Source of the DNA: Vitrella brassicaformis CCMP3155
Taxonomy: Eukaryota > Protista > Chromerida
NCBI GenBank assembly: GCA_001179505.1
Contig: CDMY01000711.1
Location: forward strand, 1-28,274
DNA: 28,274 nt
Direction of reading: 5' to 3'
The notes beneath the pieces are model-generated. The model was not told the DNA's origin. It did not search any database and saw only the letters and a list, made by a program, of their open reading frames with translations. This document shows positions 21,135 through 28,274 of this stretch, piece after piece. Positions within the stretch are counted from its first letter, which is position 1, and every line of letters begins with the position of its first letter. The translations under genes were made by a program, and so were the position numbers.

Positions 21135-22035
21135 CCCAGGCCACTCAGAGGAAGCGCCGGCCGAGGCAGCAGAGGCAGCCGAGGCAGGCCAGGCACAGGC
21201 AGCAGCGCCTCTCTGCCCACAACAGCTCGGCCTCCTCGCGGCGCCTCTTGGCCAGCTCCGCCGCCCGTCGGCTCTCCCTCTTCGGCAGCGGCACCCAGTC
21301 CACGATGGGCGGGTGGTACACGATGATGATGGGCGCAGGGGCCAGTGCGGGGGGCGGTGCCGCTGCCGGGTAGAGGGGGATGTCGGGGAGGTAGTTGACC
21401 TGTCGCAGACCAAACAGAGAGAGGGATTCATGTGTGGGCTGCACTGGTCTGTCTGTTCGTGATGCTTGTTTTGTTTCTCACCAGGGGCCGCCCGACCTGC
21501 ACGCCCACATCCCTCGTCAGGTCGGCATCCTGCAGCCAACAAACCAGCAGAGATTCCCTCTCACTTCAGTGGATAGAATGGCGTTTGTGTGGGGCCATCT
21601 GCTCACCGTCATGCCGGCCGCCCCGCGGGTCATCTCTCCCCAACTGAAGCGGCGTTCGGTGTCCTGTTGCGTGATGGATGCACACACGGGGCAGAGCATT
21701 ACAGTGCTGTCGACAACGCATATCGTGCCCCGACTCACGTGAGCTATCATGGCGGCCGCTGGAGTGGTGATCTGGCGCCTGATGACGGCGGGGCGGCGGC
21801 GGTTCCGTGTGTCGGCGCGCCGGGGTGGGGGTGGGCAGATGGCGGCCATGATCCAATCATTGACGTAGCACACTCCTTTCCATAGCCTGAAACACACACG
21901 CCCGGTTAGTCAATGGCGCATCGCATTGTGTGCGTATGTATGGGAGGGGTCAGGCGGGATCCTCACCAGGCGACGACGTGGGTTACGAGCAGAGCGAAGA
22001 GGCCAACGTCATCGCAAATATCGTCGAATTCATCA
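21135..22035. repeat. Segmental duplicate of about 26480-27345 (type A gene copies)
   Basis: Colinear direct similarity, offset about 5320 bp; core 21477-21741 vs 26797-27061 differs at 3 positions by eye. Confidence 0.95.
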
Positions 22036-22385
22036 TAGATCTCTGGTGAGGACTCCCGCTGCTGCTGCTGTTGCTGCTGCTCCACACGCACAGCTTCTCT
22101 TGATCTTTTGATCTGTTGATCTGTAAGAAAGGGCTCAGTGAGAGTGTCTGGTGCCCACCTGCATTTCTCTCGTGCGTTCTTTGGGGAACAGACGGTCAAC
22201 GTGTGTTGAGGACGCTTCTTGCTGAGAGCATAGGCAAACAAGGACGGACGGCATGCCATACTTACCATCAGCGTGCAGATGCATCTCATCCACGCTGTTC
22301 AGTGGTCCGCTGTGTATTCTTACGTGAAGGTGATAGCCGCAAGGGCCAGCGCCCCGACGAAAACGAGCGAACGAACGAGTTCCAT
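21145..22385 (-). CDS. Small multi-exon protein (type A, copy 1): hydrophobic N-terminus, Pro-rich region, charged helix, Cys-rich C-terminal tail (CYSTM-like)
   Basis: MELVRSLVFVGALALAAITFT...EFDDICDDVGLFALLVTHVVAW|LWKGVC...AMIAH|DTERRFSWGEMTRGAAGMT|DADLTRDVGVQVGRPL|VNYLPDIPLYPAAAPPP...WVPLPKRESRRAAELAKRRREEAELLWAERRCCLCLACLGCLCCLGRRFL*; GT-AG junctions; last exon 21399-21145. The 5' micro-exons are less certain. Confidence 0.7.
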
Positions 22386-22783
22386 GACTGTTGCCTGAGG
22401 TCCCAATCCCGAATAAAGTCGATTTGAGATGGGCGACTGCGGTGGGATGCCCTCTCGGTCGCCCACATGCCGGTGGTCAGCAGCCGTTCCCTGGTGCACA
22501 ACGAGTTCCCCGTCTGCTGTCGGTGCGGGGGCTTGTTGGCGTCCGGGTTCGGGCATGAGATGTGGCTAGAGTCGGGCGGGTTGTCGGTATTTCCCTCCGC
22601 CTTACAGTGTATCCCCGCGATGCCTTGGCAGCAGCGGGCATTCCCTTCCCAGTCTGGAGCAGACACAACACATACACACGCACTATGGTTGCCGTCCACA
22701 GGATCTCTCTCCTTTTCTGTGAATGCATCATGATCTCACCCTCGCAGACCGTCACTAAGTGTTGGGGTTGATTTAGCCTGAAT

Positions 22784-22928
22784 GCATAGGCAAACAAGGA
22801 CATCATCATCACATGCCATCACCGTGCAGGTGCATCTCATCCATCCCCACATCCGCTGTGCGTGTCCTTACGTGAATGGGCCGAGCGCAGCAAGGGCCCA
22901 CAAAAGCAACGGTTCTGGTGATTTCCAT
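22784..22928 (-). pseudogene. Degenerate duplicate of the first exons of the type A copy 1 gene
   Basis: Matches 22228-22385; starts MEITRTVAFVG, then appears frameshifted; the GTAAGTATG donor of the second micro-exon is deleted. Confidence 0.5.
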
Positions 22929-22994
22929 TGTCGCTCGCTTCCGTTCGTTGCCGCTGCTGGATAGACACACATGGCGTTGTTGGCGAGTCCCCAG

Positions 22995-23015
22995 ATATAA
23001 AATGGAGGCAGCGAT
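22995..23015. promoter_or_regulatory. 21-bp recurrent motif, copy 2
   Basis: ATATAAAATGGAGGCAGCGAT, about 230 bp 3' of the stop of the type B copy 1 gene. Confidence 0.45.
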
Positions 23016-23243
23016 GTCTGAACAGATGTGTCACGACACATCGAGACACAGAAAAAGAGAGAAAGGGGCGTAAGAAATTGTGGCTTCTCACCTACACACC
23101 TGGACGAGGGACGCTCAGTGATGTTGTCCTGTCAGCCGAACCGACACAGTACACACACACAGACAGCCTGGCATCATTATGCCTCTCAAACCATGTGCCT
23201 CTCCGGATGTGTCTCCACGTAACCCTCCGGCCAACACGTGGCC

Positions 23244-25442
23244 TTATGCTGCCATGTAGGCCAGCAGAGAACACCACCCCTCCGCCATGAGCTTCTCGTA
23301 CGCCTCCATCTTTCGGGCGTGCTCCATGGCGGGGAGTGGCAGCCAGCCCATGGCCGGCTGGGGCGGGGGAGGGGGCGGCATGTAGTAGACGGCCGGCATG
23401 TAGTAGATGGGCTGGGCAATCAGCTGGATGGGGGCGGGGGCACGCAGGGCTGCGGGCGCGGGGGCGGGGGCGGCGGGTCGTGCAGCGGCCACACGAGGTT
23501 TGACGGGGTGGGCCGGCACGTAGATCGGCCCGGCCTGTGTGTACCAACACACCAAGGGAGGTGGATTCATTCGGTGTGCTGTGTTTCGGCGGTGTGCATT
23601 GTCCGTTGTGCACTGTTCGCTCACCGCTTGCAGCTGCTGTGTGTGCCGAGGGATTGCCGATGTCAGCAGGGAGGGGGACGACCTAGCCCGTCGAAGGGCC
23701 AGCCGAGCCCCCCTTTCTCTGCACCGGTGGCGGGTCCGTCTCGGCTTCATTACGGCATAGATCCTAACCACGGCCCTGCAACCAAAGACACATGGATAGC
23801 CTCGGTGGATGGATGGATGGTGTTTGTATAGTGGTTCTTTCTCACCCTGTCATGAATATGGTGACGAAGATGAGCAGTATCAGTCGTACGAGCAGCGACG
23901 TGCCTGACAGCCGGCCGACCACCACCTGCTTCAGCTCCCGGAACGTCCTGGCTCGTCTGGGCAGAGGATACACCTCCGTCTCGCTCTCGGTCATGACGGC
24001 CCTCTGGGTGGCGGTGTTCAGGCCCGCGGTGGACAGATCAGCACTGCGCACACACACACACACACAATCCAATCGAAGCACCACCTTCATCAGTAATCCA
24101 TCATTGCCTTCCTCACTTGGTCTCGACGAGGCGACGACACCGCAGCGACATGGTGAGACCCTGCCGTCTGGCGCACTCCCGCAGCCGCGTGCGAAGATCT
24201 GTCTGTCTGTCGTGCATGCCGCCAAACATGACTGAGCCGTGGGGGATGAACAGCTGCTGAAGGCTGTTGATCGCCATGCCCATCATCTCAATCATCCCAG
24301 TCATCACCGTCGGCTGCGGGGTGGACAGATCAGCACTGCACACACACACACGCACAATCCAATCGAACCACCACCTCCACATCCATCATCGCCTTCCTCA
24401 CTTGGTCTTGACAAGGTGACGACACCGCAGAGAGACCGTCAGACCCCGCCGTCTGGCGCACTCCCGCAGCCGCGTGCGAAGGTCTGTCTGTCTGTCTGTC
24501 TTGCGGGCCAGTGGTGCCAGGGACAGCAGGCATGTCTGGCGGCACATGAGGTGCAAAGGTGGATGGCGGCCTTGTCTCCCTCTCACGCACGCCCTCCCTC
24601 CCGACGCCCCGCTTCTCGTTGGTTCCTGCATGTGGCGGGTGCGGCTGTCTCTGCCGCGTCGTCCCAATGAGAGTGAACCCCTCGATTTGCCCCTGATGGC
24701 CCTCGTGGGCAACGAGGGCCATCTCGCTGCCCACGTCGGGCTCTCTCTGCTTGTGGCCGGGAAGGTGATTGTGCCGGTGCAGGTGCCAGTGGTCGTTCAG
24801 CTTGACGATCGCTGCCGCGTCGCCCCCGACGGGGTCGCACTCGGGCGGGATGAGGGGGGTGTACTCCATGCTGCCGACGTGAGAGGGGCCATGCTCCTTG
24901 CCCCACACAGTGCCCTTCAGAGCGTACCTGACCAGACCAATCAGACAAGGAGATACATGGCATGGATGTGGCGAGTGGCTGGTCCTCGACCAGCAGCCCG
25001 GCGTGCGGTGCGGCCGTGACGTCGGGACCAACGGAAGACACCGACGGGTCAGACTCTGACACACATCCATCGACCCACACACACAGAGGTGAGATGAGCT
25101 CCATGTGTGTCTCTGTGTGTTGTGGCTGGTGGGTTGGCTGACCTGTGACAATCTCATGGTCGACCTCGGCGTTAGTCGCAGTAGGGTCTGCAAATGAAGT
25201 GTCCTGCACACACAAACCACACATCTCCCATCCAGCCCTTCTCCTTGTCTCTTCTCTCTCTTCCCCTCACCGGCTTGATGAACAGCCACCGTCTCATCGT
25301 CTCCAGCTCCCACTTGACATAGCCGGTCTCCACCCCGCCCGATGGCGCCGTGCGGCTCAAAACTCTCTCTACGTGTTGTGCACACACAGAGGACGCCTTG
25401 ATGTCTCTTTGTGTCTTCGCCTCCTTACGCGCAGAGAGACAT
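23244..25442 (-). CDS. Multi-exon protein (type B, copy 1): long low-complexity N-terminus, one TM helix, basic segment, Pro/Tyr-rich region, short C-terminal helix
   Basis: 3' exons clear: ...GTSLLVRLILLIFVTIFMTG|AVVRIYAVMKPRRTRHRC...ALRRARSSPSLL...LQA|AGPIYVPAHP...YYMPPPPPPQPAMGWLPLPAMEHARKMEAYEKLMAEGWCSLLAYMAA*. Upstream exons (24040-25442) look coding but some junction phases were not resolved; start at 25442 tentative. Confidence 0.6.
23330..23870. repeat. Segmental duplicate of about 25700-26240 (type B gene copies)
   Basis: Colinear exon and intron similarity, e.g. CTCACCCTGTCATGAATATGGTGACGAAGA in both copies. Confidence 0.95.
24029..24496. repeat. Internal tandem duplication of about 180 bp (24029-24211 and 24321-24496)
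   Basis: Both copies read GTGGACAGATCAGCACTGC-(CA)n-CAATCCAATCGAA...GCCGTCTGGCGCACTCCCGCAGCCGCGTGCGAAG-(GTCT)n. Confidence 0.9.
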
Positions 25443-25482
25443 GTTCTGACGGCACATCCACATGTCGATGATCAGTCGTCGA

Positions 25483-25503
25483 ATATAAAATGCAAGCAGC
25501 GAT
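25483..25503. promoter_or_regulatory. 21-bp recurrent motif, copy 3
   Basis: ATATAAAATGCAAGCAGCGAT, about 180 bp 3' of the stop of the type B copy 2 gene. Confidence 0.45.
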
Positions 25504-25684
25504 GTCTGAACACACACACGGACAGATGAGATGCGTGTGTGTGACGGGACAGCTCTCTGCACATGTCTCCACTCACCTGCAGCCGACCCCGGAGAGCTCG
25601 CCACTTTTCTCTTAATTATCAACATGGTCGTCTCGAGCCGCTGATGGTTAAGTGGTCTCTCTTTTGCTGTTTCTTGGCAATTTC

Positions 25685-26288
25685 CTACTCGATGGCGGGG
25701 AGTGGCTTCCAGCCCATGGCGGGCTGGGGCGGGGGAGGGGACGGCATGTAGTAGACGGGCTGGACGTAGTAGATGGGCTGCACTATCACAATGGGGGCCG
25801 GGGCAGGCACGGCTGCGGGGGCGGCGGGTCGTGCGGCAGCCACTCTTGGATTCACGGGGTGGGCCGGCATGTACATTGGCCCGGCCTGTATGTATGTACC
25901 AACACACCAAGGGAGGCGAATGGATTCATTCGGTGTGCTGTGTTTCGGTGGTGTGCATTGTCCGTTGTGCACTGTTCGCTCACCGCCTGGTGCTGCTGAG
26001 TGTGGCGAGGGATGGCCGATGTCAGCAGGGAGGGGGACGACTTGGCCCGTCGAAGGGCCAGCCGAGCCCCCCTCCCTCTGCATCGGTGGCGAGTATTCTT
26101 CGGCTTCGTTAAGGCATACATGCTAACCACCGCCCTGCAACCAAAGACACATGGATAGCCTCGGTGGATGGATGGACGGATGGATGGATGGTGTGTGTAT
26201 AGTGTGCTCACCCTGTCATGAATATGGTGACGAAGAGGAGCAGCACACACACCAGCTGGAAGTTCACCTGCTTGCCAAAGACAATCAT
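25685..26288 (-). CDS. Small protein (type B, copy 2): N-terminal signal anchor, basic segment, Pro/Tyr-rich tail
   Basis: MIVFGKQVNFQLVCVLLLFVTIFMTG|AVVSMYALTKPKNTRHRC...SSPSLL...HQA|AGPMYMPAHP...MGWKPLPAIE*; ATG 26288 preceded by an in-frame stop; introns match copy 1. Confidence 0.65.
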
Positions 26289-26422
26289 CGAGGAAGGAGA
26301 GGAGGAGTGAAGGGCCTAGTGCTGCGTACCCTTGTGTGTCTCATAGCGATGTGGTCTTGTGCTGGTCGGTAGAGAGACATGACACACGACTTTGCAGACC
26401 GCAGCTTACACCGATGCCACCA

Positions 26423-26443
26423 ATATAAAATGTAGACGGCGAT
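26423..26443. promoter_or_regulatory. 21-bp recurrent motif, copy 4
   Basis: ATATAAAATGTAGACGGCGAT, about 20 bp 3' of the stop of the type A copy 2 gene. Confidence 0.4.
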
Positions 26444-26460
26444 ACTCTGCTTTCCTCCGA

Positions 26461-27871
26461 TTACTCGATCAGCCCCCCGCCCTCTCTCAGGAAGCGGCCG
26501 AAAATGGCGAGGCAGGCCAGGCACAGCCAGCACCCCCTCTCCGCCCACAGCAGGTCGGCCTCCTCGCGGCGCCTCTTGGCCAGCTCCGCCGCCCGTCGGC
26601 TCTCCCTCTTCGGCAGCGGCACCCAGTCCACGATGGGCGGGTGGTACACGATGATGGGCGCTGGGACCAGTGCGGGGGGCGGTGCCGCTGCCGGGTAGAG
26701 GGGGATGTCGGGGAGGTAGTGCACCTGTCGCAGACCAAACAGAGAGAGGGTTTCATGTGTGGTCTGCACTGGTAAGTCTGTTCGTGAAGCTTGTGTCTCA
26801 CCAGGGGCCGCCCGACCTACACGCCCACATCCCTCGTCAGGTCGGCATCCTGCAGCCAACAAACCAGCAGAGATTCCCTCTCACTTCAGTGGATAGAATG
26901 GCGTTTGTGTGGGGCCATCTGCTCACCGTTATGCCGGCCGCCCCGCGGGTCATCTCTCCCCAACTGAAGCGGCGTTCGGTGTCCTGTTGCGTGATGGATG
27001 CACACACGGGGCAGAGCATTACAGTGCTGTCGACAACGCATATCGTGCCCCAACTCACGTGTGCTATCATGGAGGCCGCTGGAGCGGTGACGTGTCTGCG
27101 GATGACGGCGGAGCGGCGGCTTCGTCGGTCGGCTCGCCGGGGTGGGGGTGGGCACATGGCGGCCATGATCCACCGACCGACACGGCACAGCGCTTGCCAC
27201 ACCCTGAGACACACACGCCCGATGAGTAAATGAGGTGCTGTGTGCGTGTGTATGGGAGGGGTCAGGCGGGATCCTCACCAGGCGACGGCCAGGGTGGCGA
27301 GAATAGCGAAGGCGCCAACGTCATCGCAAATATCGTCGAAGTCATCATGGATGATGATGTTACATCGGGCGGTGGGCGGCTGTGGGTGCTGCGGGGGCTG
27401 CGGGGCGGCTGGCTGAGGTGGCTCTTGTGGTTTGTCGGGTGAGGTCTTGTGCTGTCTGTCTTGGCGGCGCTTGAGGAACAGCTGCCGCACACGCCGCCTC
27501 TCAATACCCAACCTGACCCAACCTGAAGGAACACCTTTTGTGAGTGCGCCCGGCTGCTGCCTGCCTCTCTCACACTCACCTGTCCAGGCGTCATTGTGCG
27601 CCTCTCTGCATGTGTATGTCTGTAATGTGTGCCATCACTGACCTGCATGAGCCGGTGCCGCATGAGGAGCGCCGGTGACGACCTCGACCGCCAAAGGGCC
27701 ACGGCACGGCGGCCCCTGACGCGGCGGCTTCGCCTGCCCCTCCTGGCACACAGCACCCGACAGACCCGATGGTATTGTTGTGTTGTCTGTCTGTCTATCT
27801 ATCTATCTATCTGTCGCCATGCGTGTTCCTCACCAGATAAGGGTGATGGTATCTAAGGGGGACAGCCACAT
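26461..27871 (-). CDS. Type A, copy 2 (possible pseudogene or chimera with a type-B-like 5' part)
   Basis: 3' exons paralogous to 21145-22035 (DDFDDICDDVGAFAILATLAVAW...VHYLPDIPLYP...WAERGCWLCLACLAIFGRFL...IE*). In-frame TAG at 26817-26819 under the copy 1 splice model. 5' exons 27640-27871 uncertain. Confidence 0.55.
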
Positions 27872-27882
27872 GTGGCTGTCCC
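27859..27882. repeat. Perfect 24-bp palindrome GGGACAGCCACATGTGGCTGTCCC
   Basis: The sequence equals its own reverse complement, with no spacer. Confidence 0.95.
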
Positions 27883-28016
27883 GGTCCTCTCGGTCGCCCA
27901 CATGCCGGTGGTCAGCCGGGATGGCCAGACGAGGAAACTACATGTAGTGGCCTCTCATCCAAGTTTCCACTGGGGCCAGGACTACGTACCTGCATGTGAT
28001 TTGTGCATTCCTCACC

Positions 28017-28205
28017 TTAGTGAAGGGCAGGCATTTTTGAAATTCGCCTACTAACCCAGTCTCCGCATTGCTCTTATTGACAACTGCCCATCTCTAGCGA
28101 ATAAGTCACGTCTCCGTGATGTGCTCCATCTCGAGAGCTCCGCCCACTCGCTTGGCATAGGTCCTGTGTCGCACAACTTGAAGCTCGATGTCTGCATTGG
28201 CACAC
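28017..28205 (-). CDS. Possible 3' exons of a gene entering from beyond the window end
   Basis: Exon-like 28205-28110 (CANADIELQVVRHRTYAKRVGGALEMEHITET) between CAG and GT; next segment ends at TAA 28019-28017. Confidence 0.3.
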
Positions 28206-28274
28206 CTGCAGTGTGATCCTACACATGCAAGAGCAAGAGTCGAACGTTTCTTGCCTGCAGACAGGTCACATTAT

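Noticed and set aside
25685-26819. TAG reassignment (alternative genetic code) suggested by two in-frame TAGs in array genes
   Set aside because: The long conserved exons of ZW10, the thioredoxin and other genes contain no in-frame TAG/TAA, and the F-box-like gene's codon-biased frame ends at TAG; the two cases are better explained locally.
1-28274. Prokaryotic systems, CRISPR arrays, rRNA/tRNA genes, transposase or reverse transcriptase ORFs
   Set aside because: DNA is spliceosomal-intron-rich eukaryotic sequence; no regularly spaced repeat-spacer array, no recognisable structural RNA and no mobile-element protein motifs were seen.

Overview
Eukaryotic nuclear DNA from a chromosome end: the window opens with (CCCTAAA)n telomere repeats and is GC-rich and intron-dense, with short (about 60-110 nt) microsatellite-rich spliceosomal introns. 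The repeat type, intron style and a recognisable lineage-expanded F-box-like family suggest the chromerid alveolate Vitrella brassicaformis (inference). Left to right: telomere abutting a probably 5'-truncated gene for a large Cys-containing extracellular-type protein (+); a ZW10/Dsl1-family gene (+); a large hypothetical protein with a CxxC...CxxC pair and a GC-AG intron (+); a probably plastid-targeted ACHT-like thioredoxin with a WCHSC site (-); an F-box-like family gene with a late frameshift (+); and about 8 kb of head-to-tail, minus-strand small membrane/Pro-rich/Cys-tailed genes showing duplication, exon shuffling, probable gene conversion and a shared 21-bp 3' motif. Many introns carry 5' (AC)n and 3' (GT)n tracts able to base-pair. 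Three 300-N gaps are present. Exon structures were spliced by eye and all family calls are from memory, not database searches.
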